Assembly: GCA_046735215.1 (NCBI GenBank)
Contig: JBKPSV010000031.1
Location: 1-48,088, forward strand
Length of the DNA stretch: 48,088 bases
Direction of reading: 5' to 3'
DNA from: Pseudomonadota bacterium
Lineage (GTDB): Bacteria > Pseudomonadota > Alphaproteobacteria > Acetobacterales > Acetobacteraceae
The position numbers were made by a program, and so were the translations under genes. How positions within the stretch are numbered: position 1 is the first letter of the stretch; every line of letters starts with the position of its first letter. Below, piece by piece: positions 8,863 through 17,123 of the stretch. A model generated the notes under the pieces. That model ran no database searches. It was given only the letters and a program-made list of their open reading frames with translations, and was not told the DNA's origin.

Positions 8863-11202
8863 ATGCTGGCGGCGGCATTGTCGTTCGTCTCGACGTCTGG
8901 CGAGGCACAGGATAGTCCCCCCGAGGCGACCACCACCCTTCCCCCGGTGAACGTCGTCGCGGCACCCATACTGCCCGGCCTGCCCGACCTCGATAAGGTT
9001 CCCTCAACGGCACAGATCTTCAATCGAGATGTCATAACCCGGGATGGTTTTCCGACGCTCCTGAAGACGCTTGGTGAGCAGGCCGGCGGGGTGACCCTCA
9101 ACGACTCGCAGGGAAATCCATGGCAGCCCAACCTGATCTATCGTGGGTTCGAGGCGTCGCCCTTGGTAGGCAACCCGCAAGGTCTCGCCGTGTACGTGAA
9201 CGGCTCGCGTTTCAACCAGCCGTTCGGTGACACGACCAACTGGGACCTGATACCAGATATCGCCATCGACCGGATCGACCTGGTCGGATCGGACCCGGCA
9301 TTTGGTCTGAATGCACTGGGCGGCGCACTTGCCGTCCGCATGAGGGACGGGTTCACCTATCATGGCGCGGAAGCAGAACTGCTCGGAGGCTCTTTCGGAC
9401 GCATTCAGGGCTCCTTCCAATACGGCATAGAATCGAACAATACGTCCGCCTACGTCGCCGCAACGGGCATGCACGAGAACGGCTGGCGCGACTTCTCACC
9501 CTCGACTCTGCGTCAGCTCTATGGAGATGTGGGCTGGCGCAGTGATGCAGCCGAACTTCACATGAACATCATTGCCGCGGACAACGACCTTGTCGGCAAC
9601 GGCACAGCGCCGGTTGATCTGCTGGCTGTCAGTCGCTCTGCCATCTTCACGTATCCCGATGATACCAAGAACAAGTATGTGCGAGTCGGGCTGAACGGCA
9701 CCTATTCCATCAGCGACCGGACGAGCGTTCAGGTCAATGCGTACTACAGCAATCTGTCGCAACGCACCTTGAACGGCGATGCAGCCGAAGTGGAACCGTG
9801 TGACGCAACTCCGTCGATCCTATGTCAGGATGATGGACCGCCGCTGACCAACCGCGCTGGGGGCGCCATTCCTAACCTTATTACCAATAGCCCGTATGTC
9901 ACTGCATTCGGTTTCGACAGATTTGCCGATGGGGGCCCCTACGCCTTCCTGAACAGAACCGCGACCGACACGAACGGCTATGGTGTCCAGGTTCAGGTGA
10001 ACCACCGGTTTACCGTCCTCGGCATGACCCATCACCTGGCGGTCGGGGCGAGCTATGATGGCGGGTCGACCGAGTTCACCGCAGATACATTGATAGGTGG
10101 GCTTTCGCTGAACCGCGGCTTTGCGGGACCAGGAATTTCCATTGTGGCCTCTGATGGTTCAGTTTCCCCGGTTCGGCTCCACACCTTCAACAACTACTAT
10201 GGCCTGTATATCACGGACACGGTGGACATTACGGAGCGGCTTTCAGGCGCCCTGTCCGCCAGGTTCAATTCGGCGCAGATAACGCTGCACGATCAGCTGG
10301 GGACAGACCTTAACGGAGTGCATAGCTATAACCGACTGAATCCGGCGGCTGGTTTAACCTACAAGCTGACGCCAACCATCAGCTTGTACGGAGGATATGC
10401 CGAGACAAACCGCGCGCCGACGCCCGCGGAGTTGTCCTGCGCGGATCCATTGGCGCCGTGCAGTCTGACAAACTTCTTTGTGGGAGACCCGCACCTGAAC
10501 CAGGTTGTCGCGCACACCTTCGAGGTTGGCGTGCGCGGCGCTCACAGCGATGGCTCTAACACCAGGCTCGAGTGGAATTTTGGCCTGTTCCGCACGAACA
10601 ATGATGACGATATTCTGTTTGTCTCCTCTCCCACGGCTGGACGGGCATTTTTTCGCAATGTGGGCGAAACGCGGCGACAGGGGATTGAGCTCGGCTTCAG
10701 ATTCCGTACGCAGCGTCTCAACATCTATGCGAACTACGCCTTCACGGATGCCACATTCCAAACCGCATTAACGCTCAATAGCGAGAATAATCCATTTGCT
10801 GGTCCCGACGGGACCATTCGCGTCCAGCCTGGAAACACGTTGCCGGGTGTCCCACGTAACCTGTTCAAGATCGGCGCCGACTACAATATCACCACCAAAT
10901 GGATCATCGGCTTCTCCGCCATTGCCGCGACCGGCAAGTACCTGATCGGCGATGAGTCGAACGTCAATCCGACGACGGGCGCGTATGGCGTGGTCAATGT
11001 TCACTCCGCCTATCAGATCACCGAGCACTTCCAGGCATTCGCGCTAATGAACAACGTGCTCAATACCCGTTACGCCAACTTTGGTACGTTTTCACCGGTG
11101 ACCAGTGTGCCGCTTATACAAGCGCCAGGTTCAACCAACACTCGCAGTCTGACCCTCGCCCCACCCATCAGCGTGTTTGGCGGCATTCGAGCGGTCTTCT
11201 GA
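8863..11202 (+). CDS. TonB-dependent outer-membrane receptor
   Basis: The ORF track gives 8614..11202. The start is uncertain: ATG 8863 (MLAAALSFVSTSGEAQD) or TTG 8818. A TonB-box-like TLPPVNVVA is present. The plug region reads NLIYRGFEASPLVGNPQGLAVYVNGSRFNQPFGDTTNWDLIP. A long beta-barrel ends in the aromatic terminus ...GGIRAVF. Confidence 0.88.
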   Translation: MLAAALSFVSTSGEAQDSPPEATTTLPPVNVVAAPILPGLPDLDKVPSTAQIFNRDVITRDGFPTLLKTLGEQAGGVTLNDSQGNPWQPNLIYRGFEASPLVGNPQGLAVYVNGSRFNQPFGDTTNWDLIPDIAIDRIDLVGSDPAFGLNALGGALAVRMRDGFTYHGAEAELLGGSFGRIQGSFQYGIESNNTSAYVAATGMHENGWRDFSPSTLRQLYGDVGWRSDAAELHMNIIAADNDLVGNGTAPVDLLAVSRSAIFTYPDDTKNKYVRVGLNGTYSISDRTSVQVNAYYSNLSQRTLNGDAAEVEPCDATPSILCQDDGPPLTNRAGGAIPNLITNSPYVTAFGFDRFADGGPYAFLNRTATDTNGYGVQVQVNHRFTVLGMTHHLAVGASYDGGSTEFTADTLIGGLSLNRGFAGPGISIVASDGSVSPVRLHTFNNYYGLYITDTVDITERLSGALSARFNSAQITLHDQLGTDLNGVHSYNRLNPAAGLTYKLTPTISLYGGYAETNRAPTPAELSCADPLAPCSLTNFFVGDPHLNQVVAHTFEVGVRGAHSDGSNTRLEWNFGLFRTNNDDDILFVSSPTAGRAFFRNVGETRRQGIELGFRFRTQRLNIYANYAFTDATFQTALTLNSENNPFAGPDGTIRVQPGNTLPGVPRNLFKIGADYNITTKWIIGFSAIAATGKYLIGDESNVNPTTGAYGVVNVHSAYQITEHFQAFALMNNVLNTRYANFGTFSPVTSVPLIQAPGSTNTRSLTLAPPISVFGGIRAVF

Positions 11203-11285
11203 GTTATCCGGCAGGCCTATGCCGAAGCCACCCGCAGGGAGAAATACCAGCCTCGTCGTGGGTCGGACGGGAGTCGTCACTGAGA

Positions 11286-11310
11286 AATATTGATTGGCTG
11301 GATCAATATT
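11286..11310. promoter_or_regulatory. AT-rich perfect inverted repeat AATATTGAT-N7-ATCAATATT; candidate operator upstream of the DinB-family gene
   Basis: It was read directly from the sequence: the arms are 11286-11294 and 11302-11310. It lies 57-81 nt upstream of the ATG at 11367 and is the most AT-rich element in a GC-rich spacer. Confidence 0.35.
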
Positions 11311-11366
11311 GACGGCGTGGGCGGACTGCGCCTCTTAGGTGGGACCCGCACGGGAGGGAGACACAG

Positions 11367-11876
11367 ATGATCTCGTCCGCGTATGTCCGTTTAATGACCG
11401 ACTACAACAATGAGATGAACCGGCGCCTGTATGACGCCGCCGGGCGGCTCTCGGATGCCGAACGAAAGGTTGATCGAGGCGCATTCTGGAAATCGGTCCA
11501 TGGCACGCTGAGCCACATTCTCTGGGGCGATACGCAATGGATGTCACGGTTCGACGGATGGCCGAAGCCGGAAGTCGGCATCAAACAGAGCGCAGCTATG
11601 GTCGAAGACTTTGCGCTGCTTCGCGCGAGGCGCGAAAAGGCGGATGCCGACATCGCCGCCTGGGCTCAAAGGATAGACGATGCGTGGCTGGCCGAGGACT
11701 TGGTGTGGTTCAGCGGCGCGGCGAACCGCGAGATGCGGCGGCAGAAATCCAAGCTGGTTGTGCACTTCTTCAATCACCAGACGCATCATCGCGGGCAGGC
11801 CCATGCACTGCTGACCGGTTGTGGACAGGATACAGGCGATACAGACCTGTTCCTGGTGGTGCCAGACATGCCTTGA
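11367..11876 (+). CDS. DinB-family (DinB/YfiT-like metal-dependent) protein
   Basis: 169-aa ORF. It begins YNNEMNRRLYDAAGRLSDAE, has the internal His motif GTLSHILWGD and the C-terminal motif FFNHQTHHRGQAHALL, which is typical of the DinB four-helix-bundle family. An SD-like GGGAGGGAG lies upstream. Confidence 0.8.
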   Translation: MISSAYVRLMTDYNNEMNRRLYDAAGRLSDAERKVDRGAFWKSVHGTLSHILWGDTQWMSRFDGWPKPEVGIKQSAAMVEDFALLRARREKADADIAAWAQRIDDAWLAEDLVWFSGAANREMRRQKSKLVVHFFNHQTHHRGQAHALLTGCGQDTGDTDLFLVVPDMP

Positions 11877-11942
11877 CTGTGCGGTTGCTTGGCGCCGCCG
11901 ACCGTGTCGCGCTAGCATCCTGCTCAATCAGGGGGAGGAACC

Positions 11943-13103
11943 ATGCGGACGGCACCTTTTGCGGCGTTGCTGATTTTTCTGGCGACGGCGGCTAATGCGC
12001 AGCACCAGCGTGGCGTTACCGATACCGAGATCCTCATCGGAACGGTGACGGATCTGTCGGGCGTCACCGCCGTGCAAGGGGTGAACAACGCCAATGCGGT
12101 GCGCCTTGCGTTCGACGCCATCAACGACAAGGGCGGCATAAACGGCCGCAAGATCCGTTATATCGTGGAGGACAGCCAGTACCAGGTGCCACGCGCCGTG
12201 CAGGCGATGAACAAGCTGATCAACAACGACGGCGTGTTCATCACCATCGAGGACGGCGGCACGCCGATGAACAACGCGACGTTTCCTATGGCCATCGAGA
12301 AGAATGTTCCGAAGCTGCTGCCGCTGTCGGCTGCGCGGTCCATGTACGAGCCGTTCCATCGGCTGAAGTTCAGCCAGTACTCGTCGTACGTCGATCAGAT
12401 GCGCGCCGGCGTGAAGTACTTTGTCGAGCAGCGAGGTAAGCAGGCGATCTGCGCCATCTATCAGGACACCGACTTCGGCAAGGATGTGCTGGCCGGCACC
12501 GTGCAGCAGACGGAAGCAATGGGTATGAAGGTGTTCGCAACGACGGCGCACAAGCCGACTGACACCGATTTTACCGCAGCCGTGGCGAAATTGCGCGATG
12601 CAAAGTGTGATCTGATCACGATGGGTACGATTGTGCGCGACTCAACGCTGATCATCGCCACCGTGAAGAAGCTGGGCTGGAACGTCGACCTGCTCGGACA
12701 GGTGGCAGCCTACGATACGGCGATCGCGGAAGCGCCAGGCAACGTCGCGGAGGGATTTTATGCAATGTCTCCTTCGCTGTATGCCTATCCGGATGATCCC
12801 CGCCCTGCCATCAAGGCCTTTACGCAAGCATACAAGGCTAAGTACGGGTTCGAAGTGAACTATCTGGGCGAAATGGGGTATACCTCTGCTCAGATTGCCA
12901 TCGAGGCGCTGCAGCGTGCGGGCCGTGACCTGACGGTCGACAGCCTTGTGAAGGCGATGGAGAGCATCCGCGACTTCCACGACATCTTTGGCGGCACGTA
13001 TTCCTTCAGTGAAAGCAACCATCACGGTGCAACCGCGGCTTTCCTCTCGGTCGTGCACAATGGTCGGTGGCAACCCGTCGTGGATCACGCCTTGGCCTAT
13101 TAG
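11943..13103 (+). CDS. ABC transporter substrate-binding protein, LivJ/branched-chain amino acid-binding family (orphan)
   Basis: 386-aa ORF with signal peptide MRTAPFAALLIFLATAANA. The N-terminus GVTDTEILIGTVTDLSGVTAVQGVNNANAVRLAFDAINDKGGINGRKIRYIVEDSQY is the classic type I PBP (Leu/Ile/Val-binding) signature. SD GGGGGAGG lies upstream. No permease or ATPase genes are adjacent. Confidence 0.85.
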   Translation: MRTAPFAALLIFLATAANAQHQRGVTDTEILIGTVTDLSGVTAVQGVNNANAVRLAFDAINDKGGINGRKIRYIVEDSQYQVPRAVQAMNKLINNDGVFITIEDGGTPMNNATFPMAIEKNVPKLLPLSAARSMYEPFHRLKFSQYSSYVDQMRAGVKYFVEQRGKQAICAIYQDTDFGKDVLAGTVQQTEAMGMKVFATTAHKPTDTDFTAAVAKLRDAKCDLITMGTIVRDSTLIIATVKKLGWNVDLLGQVAAYDTAIAEAPGNVAEGFYAMSPSLYAYPDDPRPAIKAFTQAYKAKYGFEVNYLGEMGYTSAQIAIEALQRAGRDLTVDSLVKAMESIRDFHDIFGGTYSFSESNHHGATAAFLSVVHNGRWQPVVDHALAY

Positions 13104-13186
13104 AGCGTGATGACCGGAGGCGAAATCGCCGGAGGTCTGCGCTCATCCCGCTCTAGCCGCTGCCGTTACACCGACCTGCTATGCTG

Positions 13187-14662
13187 TCACTGTTCGACGC
13201 AGACGCGGTCGAATGCGAGCACGTTGAACCCTTCGCCAACCGGTCGCCAGCACGGGTTGGCGAGAGCCGCGCGCATGAGTGGAACCGCCGCACGGCTCGA
13301 GGCATCTTGTGCCAGCATGGCCAATACCACCCGAGAGAACCGGAGCACCTCGGCGCGGATCTGCTGCGGCGACGCATCGGGAGCAACGATCAAGATGCGG
13401 GTTGAAGCGGGGACTTCGTTGGCAAAGGCGCCGACTATCCCTACCCCGTCATTACCGCGCGGCAGCAGTACGACACTGTCCCCCAGGAAGGGCGCGGAAG
13501 CCTGCGCGGTGGCCCGCGCGGGCTGCATCGTTTCCGGGCGCGTCATCAGCCCGACCAACGCAATGGCCTGAACGGCCAAGGTGACATGTCGCAGCCATCG
13601 TGGCATCGCCGCAGCCAGCAGCAGAGCGATGAAAGGCGTGGCAAATGCAAGATAACGCAGTTCGATCGGCGAATTTGCGAACATGAGGCCAAGCAGCAAT
13701 GGCCCGAGCAGCGACGCGACGGCGCACATCGCCAGCAGCGAACGTGCCTCGGTCGTGGCAAGATGCCGCCAGCGCAAAATGATGGCTCCGATGCCGGCGA
13801 GAAACAGCAGGCAAACGCCAGTGGCTACGCAGACCCGCGCAAAACCATGGGCGTAGAGCGGCAATCCGCCAAAGACATTCGCGACCGAGTATCGCACAAG
13901 CTGCGTCATAACTGGGATCATCGCAAACGGCGGAAACTGGTCTGGCCTACTCTGCCTCTGCGCAGTGAAAAACCACAGATCCAAAGGCAGCCAGACCAGG
14001 AAACCCAGACAGGCGGCACCGATGACGGCTGGCCTGCGACGCAATGTGTGTAGCAGTGCGGCACAGCCGACCCATGCCGCAAGGTAATTTGTGAAAGTGG
14101 CAGCACCGAGCAGCGTGCCGGCGAACAGCGCCCTTTCCGGCCGCTCCCTATCGCCGATCAGCAACGCGATTCCTGCAACGTTGAGCATTTGCGCCAATGC
14201 AAAACCGCGTGCGACTGTGCCTGTATAGGCAAAACCATAGCAGCCGATGGTGAGCAGCACTGCCGGCACCGGCGGAATGGCGACCGTTCGAGCAATCCAT
14301 GCTACAAGACATAAGGCCGCAACGCTGCACAGCACTGAGGCCATGCGCGCATCGAATAACGATGCTCCCACGAGCCGGCGCCACTCCGATGCGGCCCAGA
14401 AATATAGCGGCGGATGGACGTCGGTGGCACGCAGATCGCGCGCAATGGTCAAGAGGCCCGCCCCCGGAGTTTGCATCCGCCGTATCTCGCCCGCAGTGGT
14501 GACATCGGCAGACCAGACCGGACGTGCCACGCGACCGGTCAGGAAGAGCGTGTATTGCTCGTCATATTCCGCGCTGCGCAGCCAGGCGATGCCTACCAGC
14601 AGCAGCGCGGCACCGAGCAGGACGAGCAGGATCGGCTGGCAGCGCACAGCGGGCTTCACCAA
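13187..14662 (-). CDS. Glycosyltransferase family 39 (ArnT/PMT-like) integral membrane protein
   Basis: 491-aa polytopic ORF. The first periplasmic loop reads AEYDEQYTLFL...DVHPPLYFW, the Asp/Glu-containing loop plus HPPLY motif typical of the GT39/PMT_2 family. The start is TTG or GTG (14662 or 14659) and is uncertain. Confidence 0.7.
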   Translation of the reverse strand: MVKPAVRCQPILLVLLGAALLLVGIAWLRSAEYDEQYTLFLTGRVARPVWSADVTTAGEIRRMQTPGAGLLTIARDLRATDVHPPLYFWAASEWRRLVGASLFDARMASVLCSVAALCLVAWIARTVAIPPVPAVLLTIGCYGFAYTGTVARGFALAQMLNVAGIALLIGDRERPERALFAGTLLGAATFTNYLAAWVGCAALLHTLRRRPAVIGAACLGFLVWLPLDLWFFTAQRQSRPDQFPPFAMIPVMTQLVRYSVANVFGGLPLYAHGFARVCVATGVCLLFLAGIGAIILRWRHLATTEARSLLAMCAVASLLGPLLLGLMFANSPIELRYLAFATPFIALLLAAAMPRWLRHVTLAVQAIALVGLMTRPETMQPARATAQASAPFLGDSVVLLPRGNDGVGIVGAFANEVPASTRILIVAPDASPQQIRAEVLRFSRVVLAMLAQDASSRAAVPLMRAALANPCWRPVGEGFNVLAFDRVCVEQ

Positions 14663-14692
14663 TGGTTAGTTTCGGCGCCCTATTGCAGGTCG

Positions 14693-15805
14693 ATGCGAAG
14701 GATTGGTTACCGTCTCATTGCTGCCTGTATTGCCATAGCTTTCCTGGTCGGCGCGGGCGAGGCACCCCAGACGTTGAGTCGGGGCATAAACATTACCCAC
14801 TGGTTCCGCTATCCGCCGACCGCAAGCCCCGGTGCGCTGCGCAACTACATCGACGACGCAACGCTCGAACAATTGCGGCAGCTCGGCTTCACCTTCGTCC
14901 GACTACCCGTACAGACCAGTCTGCTGTCATCGCCTGATGCAATTCTGGCAGCGGTCGCACGATTGCAGCGGCATGGACTCGCCGTGGTTGTGGCGCTGTT
15001 TCCAAACGACTGGCGACTGGAAAGCAACGCCGGGGATCAAGAAAAGCTGGTGACCACGTGGCAATCCCTCGCAGCAAGGCTGCGCCATCTGGATCCACGG
15101 CTGACCTACCCCGAGATCCTGAACGAGCCGGTCTTCTCCGTCGCTCCCGGCGCATGGTCACGGCTTCAGCACCAGGTTCTTGTCGCGATCCGCGCAGTGC
15201 TTCCGCAGAACACCATTGTACTGACAGGGGCTGATTGGGGCAGTGTCAGGGGGCTGTTGGAGCTGCCTCCGGAGCAGGACCTAAACGTTGTTTACAGCTT
15301 TCATCTATACGAGCCGGCGGAGCTCACCTCGCTCGGGGCCTATCACCCGGGCCTTGATGCAGCCGCCATGGCGCTGCTGCCCTTTCCCGTCGACGACGAG
15401 AATGCTTGTGCCGCCAAGGCGGGAAGCACCGCTGACCAGTCGACGGCCGATCTCATTCGCTTCTACTGCACCCAGCGCTGGAACGCATCTCGCGTGAGAT
15501 CCAGGATCGCCGCTGCCGGCGACTGGGCGAAACGGAATCACGTTGCCGTGATTGTTGGAGAATTCGGCGCAAGCCTGCATCTCAATCCTACGGCGCGGTT
15601 GGCTTGGCTCAGGACCGTGCGCACGGCGTGCGAGGGACAGGGGTTCGGTTGGGCGCTTTGGGGCTACGACGACGTGATGGGCTTTGGGATTTCTGCAACC
15701 GCGGCGCAGGCTCCGATGCCTCCCGAAGTGCTGTCGGCACTAGGCCTGCCTCGTTCAGCCAATACTGACAAAGCATCCGTGGCGGTAGGCCAAGTCACCG
15801 AGTGA
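14693..15805 (+). CDS. Glycoside hydrolase family 5 (cellulase-family) secreted enzyme
   Basis: The ORF track gives 14414..15805; the likely start is the ATG at 14693 (MRRIGYRLIAACIAIAFLVGAGEA signal peptide). GINITHWF is present. The acid/base motif is YPEILNEP, followed by FHLYEP. The nucleophile motif is VIVGEFGAS, followed by WALWGYDD. Confidence 0.8.
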   Translation: MRRIGYRLIAACIAIAFLVGAGEAPQTLSRGINITHWFRYPPTASPGALRNYIDDATLEQLRQLGFTFVRLPVQTSLLSSPDAILAAVARLQRHGLAVVVALFPNDWRLESNAGDQEKLVTTWQSLAARLRHLDPRLTYPEILNEPVFSVAPGAWSRLQHQVLVAIRAVLPQNTIVLTGADWGSVRGLLELPPEQDLNVVYSFHLYEPAELTSLGAYHPGLDAAAMALLPFPVDDENACAAKAGSTADQSTADLIRFYCTQRWNASRVRSRIAAAGDWAKRNHVAVIVGEFGASLHLNPTARLAWLRTVRTACEGQGFGWALWGYDDVMGFGISATAAQAPMPPEVLSALGLPRSANTDKASVAVGQVTE

Positions 15806-15831
15806 CCGTGAATCACCGTTAAAATAACAGC

Positions 15832-15861
15832 AAAGAAAAACCCCCGGTCATGGACCGGGGG
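15832..15861 (-). terminator. Rho-independent terminator (minus strand)
   Basis: The minus strand reads CCCCCGGTC-CAT-GACCGGGGG (9-bp GC stem, 3-nt loop, 15861-15841) followed by TTTTTCTTTG (15840-15831). Confidence 0.8.
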
Positions 15862-15965
15862 TAAGTAAACAGGGAGGCTTCACGTCTGGGAGACGCAGGG
15901 GTCATAGACCCCTTTCCGGCTCCGAAGAACCGGAACACTGGCGGCGACGCCGCCGTATTCAATGA
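15833..15965 (-). ncRNA. Candidate trans-acting sRNA, AbcR-like (anti-SD CUCCCA / CCUCCCU motifs); the 5' end is approximate
   Basis: The minus strand has consecutive short hairpins: GGCGGC-gtc-GCCGCC (15954-15940), TTCCGG-N10-CCGGAA (15935-15914), GGGGTC-tat-GACCCC (15912-15898) and CGTCT-ccc-AGACG (15895-15883). The last one presents CUCCCA. A single-stranded CCUCCCU (15877-15871) and the strong terminator follow. A possible -10 TACACT (15975-15970) and -35 TGGCAA lie upstream. No plausible ORF is present. The location, immediately downstream of the trxB-linked LysR gene, matches where AbcR sRNAs lie in Rhizobiales. Confidence 0.5.
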
Positions 15966-16076
15966 CGTTAGTGTAGTGGCCACGGGGTAAGCTTGCCATC
16001 CGCAAAAACCCGGAACCCGCCATGCTGTCCGCGCATGCCCCTGCGGACATTCAATCCGCAACGGCATGGTTCTGTT

Positions 16077-16964
16077 TCAGTGTAACCCGGCCAGCCGCGC
16101 CAGCAGGAAATCGCGGAACACTGCGACGCGCTTCGAATTGCGCAGCTCCTCAGGGTATACAAAATACACGTCCACCTTCGGGCCCTTCAGATCAGCCAGA
16201 ATCCGCACCAGGTCCGGGTTCTCCGCGACGACGAAGTCGGGCAGCGCGCCAATCCCCAGTCCAGACCGAATCGCCAGAAGCACGGCCTGGGTGCTGTTGA
16301 CCTCCAGCATCGCGCGACGCGAATTGCCGGGGCGCCGGCCAGCCTCAGACAGCCAGTTGATGTCGCTCACGGGCGGGTGATGGCTGCCGAACAGAATGAG
16401 CTTGTGCGCGTCCAGATCCTCTGGCCGTTGCGGCACGCCGTGCCGCTTCAGATACTCGGGCGAAGCACAGATGTGCCACTGCAGCGCCATCAGGTGGCGC
16501 TGCACCAGGTCCGGCTGCTTCGGTGGATGCATGCGGATTGCCACGTCCGCTTCACGCATTGCCAGATCGAGCTCCGAATCGTCGAGCAACAACGAGATCG
16601 ACACGTCGGGGTAGGTCTCGAAGAAGTCATGCAGCCGTGGTGCGAGCCAGATCGAGCCGAATGCCACCGTTGTCGTGACTTTTAGTCTGCCTGCCGGCTT
16701 TTCCTTGCTTTCGGTTAAGAGCGCCTCGGTAATCGCCAGCTTGGCGAAAACCTCACGCACCGTGCGATTTAGCGCCTCACCTTGCTCGGTGAGGATCAGG
16801 CCGCGTGCATGTCGATGAAACAGCGGCACCTGCAACGCCTCCTCGAGCGCCGATATTTGCCGCGACACCGCCGACTGGCTGAGATTGAGCGTGTCGCCCG
16901 CGTGCGTGAAGCTTCCCGCGTCGGCCACGGCGTGGAAGACACGAAGCTTGTCCCAGTCGATCAC
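16077..16964 (-). CDS. LysR-family transcriptional regulator (LsrB/VtlR-like by synteny with trxB)
   Basis: 295-aa ORF with a GTG start. The N-terminal HTH is MIDWDKLRVFHAVADAGSFTHAGDTLNLSQSAVSRQISALEEALQVPLFHRHARGLILTEQGE, followed by a C-terminal LysR substrate-binding domain. It lies directly downstream of trxB on the same strand. Confidence 0.88.
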   Translation of the reverse strand: MIDWDKLRVFHAVADAGSFTHAGDTLNLSQSAVSRQISALEEALQVPLFHRHARGLILTEQGEALNRTVREVFAKLAITEALLTESKEKPAGRLKVTTTVAFGSIWLAPRLHDFFETYPDVSISLLLDDSELDLAMREADVAIRMHPPKQPDLVQRHLMALQWHICASPEYLKRHGVPQRPEDLDAHKLILFGSHHPPVSDINWLSEAGRRPGNSRRAMLEVNSTQAVLLAIRSGLGIGALPDFVVAENPDLVRILADLKGPKVDVYFVYPEELRNSKRVAVFRDFLLARLAGLH

Positions 16965-17123
16965 TCGGCCTCTCCCGCCCGCCGGTCACCGGGACGCGGC
17001 GGATTGCATCAAGCCTACCCTGACAGTTGCGTCGCTTCCGCTGTTCGCAGCGGCGGAATATCGTATCCTAGACGATTCGGTCCGGATGTGCGTGCGATGT
17101 TGGACCTTTTCGGCCGTTCCTGG

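Noticed and set aside
9141-9150. GGTTCGA strings (also at about 29081) that resemble tRNA T-arm sequences.
   Set aside because: Both lie inside well-supported CDSs (the TonB receptor and the cupin protein) and have no surrounding acceptor or anticodon stem complementarity. No tRNA genes were found in the window.
16004-16076. A hairpin (TGTCCGC-N10-GCGGACA on the minus strand) plus a T5 run as a canonical terminator for the LysR gene, which would prove the downstream sRNA is an independent unit.
   Set aside because: The T-run lies about 17 nt beyond the stem, so this is not a canonical intrinsic terminator. Whether the sRNA is independently transcribed or derived from the 3' UTR remains open.
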